From IMG/VR virus record IMGVR_UViG_3300021400_002728, positions 197,154 through 261,153 of that record: DNA of 64,000 bases, one strand, 5' to 3'. This document shows positions 19,730 through 28,866 of the stretch, piece by piece. Position numbers and translations under genes: made by a program. The stretch's first letter is position 1. Every line of letters begins with the position of its first letter. This DNA is from a virus. Lineage: Duplodnaviria > Heunggongvirae > Uroviricota > Caudoviricetes. A model generated the notes under the pieces. The model was not told the DNA's origin. It ran no database searches and worked only from the letters and a program-made list of their open reading frames with translations.

Positions 19730-19999
19730 CTTATCTAAAACTAATTTCATTCCTTTGCCCCAAATCATAGTCTCAACTGGTGCATATAGATCATTGAACT
19801 TCTGACTTTTCTTAGGCTTGATATTGATTAGTGTAACTTTATTACCATCTAAGCTAATATCTCCTTTCATCTGAAGTTCATTAAGTTCATTTTCAACTTC
19901 TTCTTCCGTCATTTCTGATACATCAGCAATTTTTGGAATATCTAATTCAAACTCGTTACTATTAAAGTAACTTCCTAAATAACTTAAAACTTTATCCAT
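19727..19999 (-). CDS. small hypothetical protein, possible winged HTH
   Basis: IPKIADVSEMTEEEVENELNELQMKGDI pattern. Confidence 0.6.
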   Translation of the reverse strand: MDKVLSYLGSYFNSNEFELDIPKIADVSEMTEEEVENELNELQMKGDISLDGNKVTLINIKPKKSQKFNDLYAPVETMIWGKGMKLVLDK

Positions 20000-20071
20000 T
20001 TTTGCTCCTTTGCTAAATAATTATATCTTACACTTATATAATTAAATAGCACTTCAATATGGAGCAAAAAT

Positions 20072-20105
20072 AAAAAGGTGTACCACTTTTATATGATACA
20101 CCTTT
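20072..20105 (-). terminator. intrinsic terminator
   Basis: AAAGGTGTA...TACACCTTTTT inverted repeat. Confidence 0.6.
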
Positions 20106-20110
20106 ATTAT

Positions 20111-21184
20111 TTATAAACAGTTTTCCAAATCATCTGCATATTTACTAAATTGCTCATATAGATTTAATGTATCAGCTATTTGCTGAATAAATTTAGTTAA
20201 CTGCGTTTGTGACTGTATAAATGATTCTACATTAAAATGTTCTCCTTTATCAGTCATTATATCTATTATAAATTTATAATTTATTTGATTATCAGATTTT
20301 AACTTTTCAACTTTAAATAAAGGAATTTTAGTATCTACAGCACAAATAATTATTGTATTCATTTTAATGTCATCGTCTATTTCTAAACTAAAAAATTCAT
20401 CAATAGAATCATAGTATGATTGAACGTTTAATTTATTTGATTCACTAATTTTATAAATAAAATCTTTTACAGCGTCTTCTACACCTAAAGCACACTTATC
20501 TGGATTTTGTTCCATCCATTGGCTAAGTGTTAACTTATGGTCTTCTAAATATTCTTCTACTGAAGCTTGAACGTAATAGTCTTTATCATTGATAAGCTTA
20601 TCAAGTCCATATCCGTATCTTGCTACTTCTACACGAACCCAATTAACTTCATCATTGATAAGTGTATCTAAACTATAACCTTGTGCAGCTACTGCCTTTC
20701 GAACATGATAATTTTTATCATTAACAAGAATATCAAGTCCATATCCTTTATAAGCTACGCTAGCGCGAACAACTCTATCTTCATCATTAACAAGAATATC
20801 CAGCCTATAACCATGTCTTGCTACTTCAGCACGAATATGTGATTCTTTATCATAAACAAGTTTATCTAGACCATAACCTTGTTTTGCTACTTCTTTACGA
20901 ACGTCATAATCTTCATCATTAACAAGAATATCAAGTCCATATCCATGTTTTGCTACTTCCCATCGAATCCAAGATTCTTTATCATAAACAAATTTATCTA
21001 GACCATAGCCATGTTTAGCTAATTCGAATCGAATACTAAATTCTTTATCATAAACAAGTTTATCTAGACCGTAGCCTTGTTCAGCTACTTTGTATCGAAT
21101 ATTAATATCATCACTATCAACTTGTTTATCTAATTCAGGATCTGTACCATAAGGTGTCCAATTACAATTTTCTGATATATACAT
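20111..21184 (-). CDS. tandem helical-repeat (LRV/HEAT-like) protein with shared C-terminal domain
   Basis: nine 22-aa repeats LDxLVxDxxxxVRxxVAxxGYG; termini resemble 53077-53751. Confidence 0.8.
   Translation of the reverse strand: MYISENCNWTPYGTDPELDKQVDSDDINIRYKVAEQGYGLDKLVYDKEFSIRFELAKHGYGLDKFVYDKESWIRWEVAKHGYGLDILVNDEDYDVRKEVAKQGYGLDKLVYDKESHIRAEVARHGYRLDILVNDEDRVVRASVAYKGYGLDILVNDKNYHVRKAVAAQGYSLDTLINDEVNWVRVEVARYGYGLDKLINDKDYYVQASVEEYLEDHKLTLSQWMEQNPDKCALGVEDAVKDFIYKISESNKLNVQSYYDSIDEFFSLEIDDDIKMNTIIICAVDTKIPLFKVEKLKSDNQINYKFIIDIMTDKGEHFNVESFIQSQTQLTKFIQQIADTLNLYEQFSKYADDLENCL
20540..21133 (-). repeat. 9 x 66-bp coding tandem repeat
   Basis: near-identical DNA blocks such as CATTAACAAGAATATCAAGTCCATATCC recur. 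Confidence 0.85.
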
Positions 21185-21230
21185 AATAATCTCCTTATAA
21201 ATTTCTAAATTATATATATATAATTTTTAG

Positions 21231-21956
21231 TTACATGTTCATTTGATTATATAAATCTACTATAGGTTCGAATATATTTCTAAATTCATCAATCCATGAT
21301 TCAATGACTTTTTCTAAATCTGAATCTGAATCTGAATCAAAATAAACTGAAGTACCAGTACCAAAATCATTTTCACATGTAAGATCATAATCACCATCTT
21401 GATCTCTGGTTATACGTATTTTAGAAATACTATTAACATTAATTATAAATTCATCATCGTCTCTTTTATCAATATCTTCAACTTTTATATTATATTTTTC
21501 AAAAATTCGTCTAATGTCACTCTCACTAATTTCATCTACTATGCAGTCATCATAGTTAGTTGGTAATTCAAAAAATTGAAAAATATCGCCAGATCTAGCA
21601 AATTCTTTTTGTTCTTCTACTATCTTTTCTACACAATCCCAATAAGTAGGATCATCTTCATCAGGTAATGTTGTATATTGTAAACCACTAGCACCCTCTG
21701 CTAAGTCTTCTTCAGAATAATCAATATACTCAATACTCTCTTCAGCTCGTCCATCTTCATAAATTAAAAACTTAAAAGTTATTTTACCAAAACCGCATTG
21801 GTTACTAGAAGATCTTCTATCGTTAGCGCTTATAGTAACTTCTGCACCTTCTGAATTATACTCTATATTATCTACTTCTACACTAGCAAATCTAGATTCA
21901 TCATATATTTTATTGTATAATTTTTCTTCAATTATTTTCATAATATTTTTCTTCAA
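21231..21956 (-). CDS. acidic hypothetical protein
   Basis: 241-aa ORF; start uncertain. Confidence 0.7.
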   Translation of the reverse strand: MKKNIMKIIEEKLYNKIYDESRFASVEVDNIEYNSEGAEVTISANDRRSSSNQCGFGKITFKFLIYEDGRAEESIEYIDYSEEDLAEGASGLQYTTLPDEDDPTYWDCVEKIVEEQKEFARSGDIFQFFELPTNYDDCIVDEISESDIRRIFEKYNIKVEDIDKRDDDEFIINVNSISKIRITRDQDGDYDLTCENDFGTGTSVYFDSDSDSDLEKVIESWIDEFRNIFEPIVDLYNQMNM

Positions 21957-21958
21957 TA

Positions 21959-21991
21959 ATAAAAAGCGCCTTAGTTTTCACTAAGACGCTG
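21959..21991 (-). terminator. intrinsic terminator
   Basis: AGCGTCTTAG-loop-CTAAGGCGCT followed by TTTTT. Confidence 0.75.
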
Positions 21992-22012
21992 TAATTATTT
22001 ATTTGTTAATTA

Positions 22013-23149
22013 TTACAGAATAGCACCGATAGCGTTCTGTACACAATCTACATACTCATTCATGTCATTCTCTTCAAGTACCTCAATAAGATCTTCAAGA
22101 GTCTTCTTGAGTTCTGCCTTGGTAGCGATCTGTCTTACAGGTCTCTTACCACCGGAAGTGATGTAGAGAGTGAAGGTGTAGAATGCATCTGTAGGTTCTA
22201 CCTTAGAGATACCACAAAGTCTACGTCTACCATTATCGCTGCCATCCTTATCTGCGGTGTAGATAGATACGTTCATTGCGTCCTTTGCATTTGATCTAGA
22301 TACAACCAACTTAGTACCTCTACCACCTCTTTCAAGGTTATCACAGAAGTCTTCGATGTTGGTATAGAGTGCTTCCCACTCCTTCTGATAAGCTTCAGGT
22401 GTAGAGCTAGTAAGGTGAGCTACAAGACCATCAACATATCCGTCAAACTCAGAACCATCTGCATTCTGGATTGCCTTAAATACCTTAGAGTTAGATCTAA
22501 CAAGAGAAATAACCTCGTCCTTAGGAACCTTAGGACATACCCAAGTATCTTCAGGAAGACCTACTTCTTCGTTGATCTTCTTTCTAAGTGCTGCATGAAT
22601 GTCCTTAAACTCTGCCTTGCTGATAACATTACCAGGTCTCTGAGGAAGAGTACCACGAAGATCATCGTCATTTCCATATCTCTTAGAAAGTTCTACTGCT
22701 TCCTTATACATAGCCATCAGATCTGCAACTGACATACCACTGAAATCAGGATGATATGCTGAGAAGAATCTAGTTGTAGGAATATCACCTACTGCGATAG
22801 TAGAAGAATTCTGCTCGAACTCATCAGGATGAGCTGCCTTATATTCCTTCCACTTCTTATCTGCTGCTTCGATCTGAGTCTTATACTTAACTCCCCACTC
22901 AGCATTGTGCTCATGCTCTGCCCAAGTGTCCTTGACCTCATAATCAGTCTTAGCAGTATGAGTTACATAAGTAGGATCGTCAGTACCAATAACGATTGCC
23001 TTAATATCAGCTGCAACATCTCTTGCCACATTGTGGATAAAAAGAGGAGTAGCCTTATAGGTACCGTCATCGTTAGGCTGGAAGTATCTCTCATCGATAT
23101 TTCCAGAAAGCTGGAACTTCTTGTTACTAAGCATTTCAAATAAAGTCAT
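22013..23149 (-). CDS. hypothetical protein, likely highly expressed; paralogue of 49202-49954
   Basis: own promoter and terminator; visibly more C/G-ending codons than neighbours. Confidence 0.85.
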   Translation of the reverse strand: MTLFEMLSNKKFQLSGNIDERYFQPNDDGTYKATPLFIHNVARDVAADIKAIVIGTDDPTYVTHTAKTDYEVKDTWAEHEHNAEWGVKYKTQIEAADKKWKEYKAAHPDEFEQNSSTIAVGDIPTTRFFSAYHPDFSGMSVADLMAMYKEAVELSKRYGNDDDLRGTLPQRPGNVISKAEFKDIHAALRKKINEEVGLPEDTWVCPKVPKDEVISLVRSNSKVFKAIQNADGSEFDGYVDGLVAHLTSSTPEAYQKEWEALYTNIEDFCDNLERGGRGTKLVVSRSNAKDAMNVSIYTADKDGSDNGRRRLCGISKVEPTDAFYTFTLYITSGGKRPVRQIATKAELKKTLEDLIEVLEENDMNEYVDCVQNAIGAIL

Positions 23150-23200
23150 GATAATTACTCCTTTCGAATTATAGGTTCTTTTATTTGATTTGATATAATT

Positions 23201-23234
23201 ATTATATCACGATCTAACCTATTTGTAAATAGTT
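23201..23234 (-). promoter_or_regulatory. sigmaA-type promoter
   Basis: AACTA-TTTACA-N17-TATAAT. Confidence 0.8.
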
Positions 23235-23258
23235 ATTTGTAAACTTTTAGTATTTATA

Positions 23259-23471
23259 TTAAATACCCAATTCTTCAGTATTCAACCATAAATATCCAGA
23301 AAAATCTTCATCAAGATAAGCTTGTCCATCTTTTGGATTGTAGATAAGCTTACATTTTTCAGAACCAAATGGATGAATGACTGTATCAGATGGAAGTTGG
23401 CTTAAAGCCTTTACTAATTGACCAGTAGTATTAACATTTTTTAATAATACTTGAACATCAACTTCGCTCAT
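23259..23471 (-). CDS. hypothetical protein
   Basis: ORF; start at MSEVD behind AGGAG. Confidence 0.7.
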   Translation of the reverse strand: MSEVDVQVLLKNVNTTGQLVKALSQLPSDTVIHPFGSEKCKLIYNPKDGQAYLDEDFSGYLWLNTEELGI

Positions 23472-23490
23472 TTTGATCTCCTTTCCAAAC

Positions 23491-23557
23491 AAAATGACTA
23501 ACCTTATATTTAATAGACTAGTCATTTTTCACATTCATTCTTATAATATTAAATAGC
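23491..23557 (-). promoter_or_regulatory. repeated promoter-like + hairpin element, copy 7
   Basis: same motif as 441-510. Confidence 0.8.
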
Positions 23558-23559
23558 TC

Positions 23560-23691
23560 TTATTGAACTGTACTCATCCATAAATCATTAAGTACTTCAC
23601 CAGGTACGTTATAGTATAAATAATAACCTAAAACCATACCTAAACCAATTGCAACTAAAATAGCTATTCCAATTATAACTTTCTTTTTCAT
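23560..23691 (-). CDS. small single-pass membrane protein
   Basis: MKKKVIIGIAILVAIGLGMVLGYYLYY. Confidence 0.6.
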   Translation of the reverse strand: MKKKVIIGIAILVAIGLGMVLGYYLYYNVPGEVLNDLWMSTVQ

Positions 23692-23692
23692 T

Positions 23693-24049
23693 TTAACAAT
23701 ATTTCCTTCCACTTCCATACGGTATTGGTGATCTAGATCCTCTATAGATAAAGGTACCATCATCATTAACAATAAACTCTAACCAAACATTGGTTTTAGG
23801 ATTACCTAAATTAAAAGAATCATCACCTGTAATTTCAATTCCTTCAAGTTGGTCAAATAAATCTTGTAGACTATCTTCATCGTCAAAACTCATTTGACTA
23901 AATAGAAAATCTTTGCCTCTGACAATATTTCTACCAAGAGCGCGTATAATACTGTATTGGTCAAAGAAATTTCTTTTCTCAGAGGCGTCAATCATTTCTT
24001 TATAGAATCGAATTTTCTTAAATTCATTATTCTTAATCAATTGACTCAC
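23693..24049 (-). CDS. hypothetical protein
   Basis: GTG start overlapping upstream stop. Confidence 0.7.
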   Translation of the reverse strand: MSQLIKNNEFKKIRFYKEMIDASEKRNFFDQYSIIRALGRNIVRGKDFLFSQMSFDDEDSLQDLFDQLEGIEITGDDSFNLGNPKTNVWLEFIVNDDGTFIYRGSRSPIPYGSGRKYC

Positions 24050-24333
24050 CTTCTTTTTATATACTCATAATAAATCTTTTTAATCTCTTCCTGATCTGCT
24101 TTACTTATTTCAGTTTTATATGTTTCTGCACTACCATCTTCAAAGCCCTCTTCTACAAAGAAATGGAATGAATTATTGTCATCTTCCCAGACTTCAAAAC
24201 CAAATAAAAGATAACCGTTGTCTCCATTATCTACAATATAGTCAGAAAACATATAGCTGCCTTCTCCAGCATATTCTTTTAGATGTTCAAGATCTACATT
24301 TTGGCATAAACCATATTGTGTTTGAACTACCAT
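24046..24333 (-). CDS. hypothetical protein
   Basis: ORF with AGGAG RBS. Confidence 0.7.
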   Translation of the reverse strand: MVVQTQYGLCQNVDLEHLKEYAGEGSYMFSDYIVDNGDNGYLLFGFEVWEDDNNSFHFFVEEGFEDGSAETYKTEISKADQEEIKKIYYEYIKRR

Positions 24334-24344
24334 AATTGTACTCC

Positions 24345-24821
24345 TTAATCTGCACTATATTCTCTGTACCAATTTTCATCATCAGAGTCTAAGTATTTAT
24401 ATTCTGGTGCAGGACCTACATTTGGTCTAGTTTCACCATCACTAAAATGTTGTATTTCTGACTCATTTCCAAAGAGAGCGAACTTAAGCACTTCTTTGTT
24501 CCAACCATCTGGAACTCCCATATCTTCTGGATGATCTTTATACTGTTCAATGGCTCTTTCAAAATAAGAATCATGACCTCCGTAAACAATCTCTTCTACA
24601 CCTGAGATATAGAGGAAATTGACTAATTTATCTATATTCTCACGATCGGCTTTCCAACCATGAATAATAGAATAGATAACTTTTTCTGACGGCTTCAAAG
24701 AAGTTTCATCATCTACGTAAATGAATCTCTGTGGTACATGAATACCTTGACTCTTAGGAATGATTAAAATATTAGCACTTGAGCTGTTTGTTTCAAAACA
24801 ACTTGTTCTAATCTGTATCAT
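24345..24821 (-). CDS. FETNSSS-motif family protein 5
   Basis: MIQIRTSCFETNSSSANIL. Confidence 0.8.
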   Translation of the reverse strand: MIQIRTSCFETNSSSANILIIPKSQGIHVPQRFIYVDDETSLKPSEKVIYSIIHGWKADRENIDKLVNFLYISGVEEIVYGGHDSYFERAIEQYKDHPEDMGVPDGWNKEVLKFALFGNESEIQHFSDGETRPNVGPAPEYKYLDSDDENWYREYSAD

Positions 24822-24832
24822 ACTATACCTCC

Positions 24833-25033
24833 TTATTTAAGTAACAATATAATTACACCGTCATACGCTCTTATCTGATCTACATCAGATTCAAGTAATT
24901 CATTCTTGTCTTTCTCAGGCATAGTAGCTCTAAAATCTGCACAAGGACCGTTATATTTAACTACACCTTGTCCATCATGAATACTAATCTTATCTATAGC
25001 TGAGATCATAGAAATAATTTTTGATAAAGGCAT
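24833..25033 (-). CDS. hypothetical protein
   Basis: ORF with AGGAG RBS. Confidence 0.7.
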   Translation of the reverse strand: MPLSKIISMISAIDKISIHDGQGVVKYNGPCADFRATMPEKDKNELLESDVDQIRAYDGVIILLLK

Positions 25034-25048
25034 ATTATAGTCTCCTCT

Positions 25049-25159
25049 TTATAATTTATAAAATAACTTAAATTCTAATGCTAAACTAATAAGCTCTTCA
25101 TTGTTTAAGCAATCAGTTAACTCATACTTTTCATTAAATTCATTTTGTAAATATTTTAT
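25049..25159 (-). pseudogene. orphan duplicate 3' end of 25163-25888
   Basis: startless frame IKYLQNEFNEKYE..ELISLALEFKLFYKL* aligns with LNFLKTKFSENYE..ELPVLAVEFNVMRKL*. Confidence 0.6.
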
Positions 25160-25162
25160 CCT

Positions 25163-25888
25163 TTATAATTTACGCATTACATTAAATTCTACTGCTAAAA
25201 CTGGAAGTTCATCACGTATTCTACTATTTGGTTCGTAATTTTCTGAAAATTTAGTTTTTAAGAAATTTAACACTTCATCTAAATTTAATCCATATGAATC
25301 ACAAAATTCTTGAACAGTTCTAATATCCATTATATAAAAATAATCTTTTACTTGCTTTTCATTTCTATAATACCATTCTTCAGTAGATGTTCCCCAACCA
25401 CTAGGTATATACCAGTTATTTAGACTTCCATAAGTATTTAATAAATTAACTACAACTTCACGTCCACCTAAAAATGCTATATCTTCACTATCTAGGCTAT
25501 CTGAATACAAGCCTGCTTCTTCATAACTACCACCACTTTTAGCACCAACAGTATCTATATCTATACCTAAATTATAAAAAATATTGTAAATAGTTGCTCC
25601 ATTATGTATATCCATAAGAATATTAGGTGGTAATTTCATATTCATAGGAATCCAACCTTTTTCTCTACATTCTTTAATATTAAGTGAATCACTAGATAAT
25701 AACTCTATAATAATATTTTTATCTAAAATTTCAAATGCAATATCTAATATTCCATTTTCAGCAAAAACTTCTATTAAATCACTATCATATTCAATTTCAT
25801 CTTTAAGATCAGATAAAATAAGCTTAATTGTAGCTTTATCTATATGATTCTTAACAAGACTTTCTATAAGACTATTTTCATATATCAT
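25163..25888 (-). CDS. hypothetical protein
   Basis: ORF with AGGAG RBS. Confidence 0.8.
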   Translation of the reverse strand: MIYENSLIESLVKNHIDKATIKLILSDLKDEIEYDSDLIEVFAENGILDIAFEILDKNIIIELLSSDSLNIKECREKGWIPMNMKLPPNILMDIHNGATIYNIFYNLGIDIDTVGAKSGGSYEEAGLYSDSLDSEDIAFLGGREVVVNLLNTYGSLNNWYIPSGWGTSTEEWYYRNEKQVKDYFYIMDIRTVQEFCDSYGLNLDEVLNFLKTKFSENYEPNSRIRDELPVLAVEFNVMRKL

Positions 25889-25900
25889 ATTATTATCTCC

Positions 25901-26143
25901 TTATTCAATCATAACTAAAAGATAGTCATTAGTATATTTCTGAGCAATTACACTATATTCAGATAACTGTCCATAGTTACTTCTTGATACCTTATAAAAA
26001 TCTCCAACATTAAAATCACTTAAAGATGATAATAACTGCTGCATCTTTAACTGCTCACTTGCAGGAACATTTGCGCTCCAAGTAAATAATACTTTGTCAT
26101 TCTCAATGTCAGTGAAGCTTAAAAACTGTGGAAATGTCATCAT
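25901..26143 (-). CDS. hypothetical protein
   Basis: ORF with AGGAGG RBS. Confidence 0.7.
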   Translation of the reverse strand: MMTFPQFLSFTDIENDKVLFTWSANVPASEQLKMQQLLSSLSDFNVGDFYKVSRSNYGQLSEYSVIAQKYTNDYLLVMIE

Positions 26144-26156
26144 GTTAATGTCCTCC

Positions 26157-26624
26157 TTAATAACCTCCGTCTTCTGGATCTTCTAAATTTGTTTCACATT
26201 CCTCTTCAAATGTACACATAACAATCTCATACATATCAGTACCTTTGAAAGTATGTATGTTCTGAAATGGTTCATTTGCCGGATTACATTCTTGAAGTAA
26301 ACTTCCTGGAATATCTGCCTTATAAACACATGAGTTGATGTCTTTATAATATTCGCATCTATTATTCCAATCATACTCAAAATTATTTTGGTTTAATGAG
26401 TCTATATCAACTTTTAGAACTACTATATCTTCTGGACACTCATCAGCGCATTCTGCATAAGCTTCAGCCGCATCAGCATCTAGTGCTAGAAATATCTTAC
26501 CTTTAAGAGCTGCTACACCTATTTCCTCTTTAAACGCATGTTCAGGTGGATTAATTAGCAATCCGTTTTGTTTGATAGACTCTAAATTTTTTCTGTCTGT
26601 TGCATGATAGAGATATAAACTCAT
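26157..26624 (-). CDS. ADP-ribosyltransferase-fold / Tpt1(KptA)-like protein
   Basis: LYHAT..NLESIKQNGL, IFLA, VVLKVD, IP motif order. Confidence 0.6.
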   Translation of the reverse strand: MSLYLYHATDRKNLESIKQNGLLINPPEHAFKEEIGVAALKGKIFLALDADAAEAYAECADECPEDIVVLKVDIDSLNQNNFEYDWNNRCEYYKDINSCVYKADIPGSLLQECNPANEPFQNIHTFKGTDMYEIVMCTFEEECETNLEDPEDGGY

Positions 26625-27061
26625 GTTGTTACCTCCTCATCACAAGTAAGACTAATATAAGACTCTTTTAATTGCTGATAAATAGTAATAAACTGTTCAG
26701 CTACATCCGAATCATATCTATCGAATCTTTCATAATAACCATCATCCAAAGCATCTTTCATAGCCATAAGATCTGACTTATTAGTTTTATGACTAGCTAC
26801 AAATAAGAATAAATCTGTACGACTATCCACCTCTGTAAGATACTGAATCATCTTTTGAAGTTGATCATTATTTAAGATTCCTTTATATATAGGCATATCA
26901 TTAAACAAACATTCTAATACATGCTCATGAATAGCATTATATGCCTTCTTTTCAGTTTCAAATATAACTTCATCACCATCCAGTTGAACAGTAAAATAAG
27001 GTCCATCAGTAGAAATATCATAATCACCATTGAAGGTATGAATAGTTTTTAATATTTCCAT
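26621..27061 (-). CDS. hypothetical protein
   Basis: ORF with AGGAGG RBS. Confidence 0.75.
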   Translation of the reverse strand: MEILKTIHTFNGDYDISTDGPYFTVQLDGDEVIFETEKKAYNAIHEHVLECLFNDMPIYKGILNNDQLQKMIQYLTEVDSRTDLFLFVASHKTNKSDLMAMKDALDDGYYERFDRYDSDVAEQFITIYQQLKESYISLTCDEEVTT

Positions 27062-27080
27062 ATTAACCTCCTTAATAAGA

Positions 27081-27142
27081 AAAAATGGCTAATCCTTTCA
27101 GATTAACCATTTTTCGCATTCATTCTATTAATATTAAATAGC
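27081..27142 (-). promoter_or_regulatory. repeated promoter-like + hairpin element, copy 8 (covaried stem)
   Basis: stem ATGGTTAATC/GATTAGCCAT. Confidence 0.75.
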
Positions 27143-27145
27143 TCT

Positions 27146-27358
27146 TTAGCCACCATAGTGGGAATCTCTCCAGTCCTGATATTTTTCTCTAGCAACTTCA
27201 TACTGTTCAGTATAATATTTGAAAGCAACATCCATTACTTCAGAACTATATTCTTTTATGAAATCATCCTTACTCATAGGATGCATGCAAGAAAAATCTG
27301 AGCTGGACCTTAATTGAATTGTTTTGAGTATATCCTTTAATTCATCTTCACTTTTCAT
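27146..27358 (-). CDS. hypothetical protein
   Basis: ORF with AGGAG RBS. Confidence 0.7.
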   Translation of the reverse strand: MKSEDELKDILKTIQLRSSSDFSCMHPMSKDDFIKEYSSEVMDVAFKYYTEQYEVAREKYQDWRDSHYGG

Positions 27359-27367
27359 ATAAACTCC

Positions 27368-27843
27368 TTACTGAACGAAGTCCTTGAGATCAGTAAAGAC
27401 AAGAGTCTTAATCTTATCCTTATACTTAGAAGCCTTCTCGAAGTCTTTGATATACTTATCACATCTCTTAAGAATTACGTCCTTATCTGTGTCCTGAGGA
27501 ACCTTGACATAAAACTCCTTATAACCGTCTGTCATAACTACGATAGAAGCATATCCAGCTTTGACTGCTTTCTTATAATACTTCTCATAATCTGCGAGAA
27601 CTAAGATCTCATAAAGCAGACACTCAAGACCATAAATGCTATCCGGTCCATAAAACTCTTTTGCTACTGCATCAAGTTCCTTAGTATCAAATTCATATTA
27701 ATCAGGTCCACCCCCCAACCGTCTTGAGACCAGAAACCTTTCTTAACTCCATTGAAGTAAATATTTCCCTGATAATTAGTCGGATATTCATGACCTCTAA
27801 AAGTCTTTACATTCTTTATCTCGATTCCTTTTATACTTGCCAT
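27368..27843 (-). pseudogene. paralogue of 59960-60433 frameshifted in a G6 tract
   Basis: MASIKGIEIKNVKTFRGHEYPTNYQG..WSQDGW, then G6 (27711-27716) shifts frame; other frame continues to ..VFTDLKDFVQ*. Confidence 0.8.
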
Positions 27844-27884
27844 AACAATACCTCCAAATATTGTGTTTGATTTATTATGGTTTA

Positions 27885-27918
27885 ATTATAACATAGAATC
27901 TAGATAATGTAAATAGTT
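27885..27918 (-). promoter_or_regulatory. sigmaA-type promoter
   Basis: AAACTA-TTTACA-N17-TATAAT with TG. Confidence 0.8.
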
Positions 27919-28218
27919 TTACCAGTCATCTCCAACTAAAATATCAAGACATTTGTCACCATCATGATCAAACCAATTATAGCCAAGTACTTTAACTTTT
28001 TCAGAATAACTATCTCCATCTAATGAAATAAGAATATTTTTATCCCACTTAAATACTCCGCAGAATCCAACTATAGTATCAGCTATAACTTCTACACTAT
28101 GTACCTGTACAACGTTAATAGTAGTATCTTTGAACATCTCATTAAAAGACATTGGATTTTCTACTATAGTAAAATTCTTGTATCTAGGTAATTTCTTTAT
28201 AATTTCCTTCCAATTCAT
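27919..28218 (-). CDS. hypothetical protein
   Basis: ORF; start at MNWKE behind AGGAG. Confidence 0.75.
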   Translation of the reverse strand: MNWKEIIKKLPRYKNFTIVENPMSFNEMFKDTTINVVQVHSVEVIADTIVGFCGVFKWDKNILISLDGDSYSEKVKVLGYNWFDHDGDKCLDILVGDDW

Positions 28219-28252
28219 TATAATTATTTTTCTCCTTAATATAAAGTTCTCT

Positions 28253-28786
28253 TTATTTAATTGAAAATTTTGGATTAACCGCGATCCATAGATCTTTGCC
28301 GTCATTACTTTCAGATTTTTCCCATTTTTCGGCAATAACACCAAATTTTTCTGCCTCTTTAATCATATCTTCTACGCTACTAGCTATATGACTACGGTAA
28401 TGTGCATGATTCGCGGTGTAAAGAATAAGCTCCCACGAATTATAGTCATCATCATAAATAATTCCAGCTTCTGTAAAATGTTCACCGCAATAATCTAAAG
28501 CTATATAGTTTTGTTCAATAAAAAGCTCTACCTGTTGTTGTAATTCTTTTAGGTCATCACCAATTGGTGTATGGTGATCAAAATCAAATGAACTACCATC
28601 TTTTTTAATAACTTTTATTCTTCGATCACGGTCAGTACCACGAATTACGGTAATATACTCATTATCTCCTGAAATAAATGGATATTGTGCTACTTTTAAA
28701 GGACTGTCAGCATGCACTTTAATAATTACTTGATTATCGTCAACTTCTGCTATTGAAAAAATATTGTCTAAGTCATAAGTTCTCAT
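28253..28786 (-). CDS. hypothetical protein
   Basis: ORF with AGGAG RBS. Confidence 0.75.
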   Translation of the reverse strand: MRTYDLDNIFSIAEVDDNQVIIKVHADSPLKVAQYPFISGDNEYITVIRGTDRDRRIKVIKKDGSSFDFDHHTPIGDDLKELQQQVELFIEQNYIALDYCGEHFTEAGIIYDDDYNSWELILYTANHAHYRSHIASSVEDMIKEAEKFGVIAEKWEKSESNDGKDLWIAVNPKFSIK

Positions 28787-28814
28787 ATTAAATTTCTCCT
28801 TTTCTCATAAATAT

Positions 28815-28866
28815 AAAATGACTTGTCTATTATTAGACAGGCTATTTTTCACATTCATACTATTAT
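28815..28866 (-). promoter_or_regulatory. repeated element copy 9 (promoter-like half truncated)
   Basis: AATAGTATGAATGTGAAAAATAGCCTGTCTAA..TAGACAAGTCATTTT. Confidence 0.7.
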
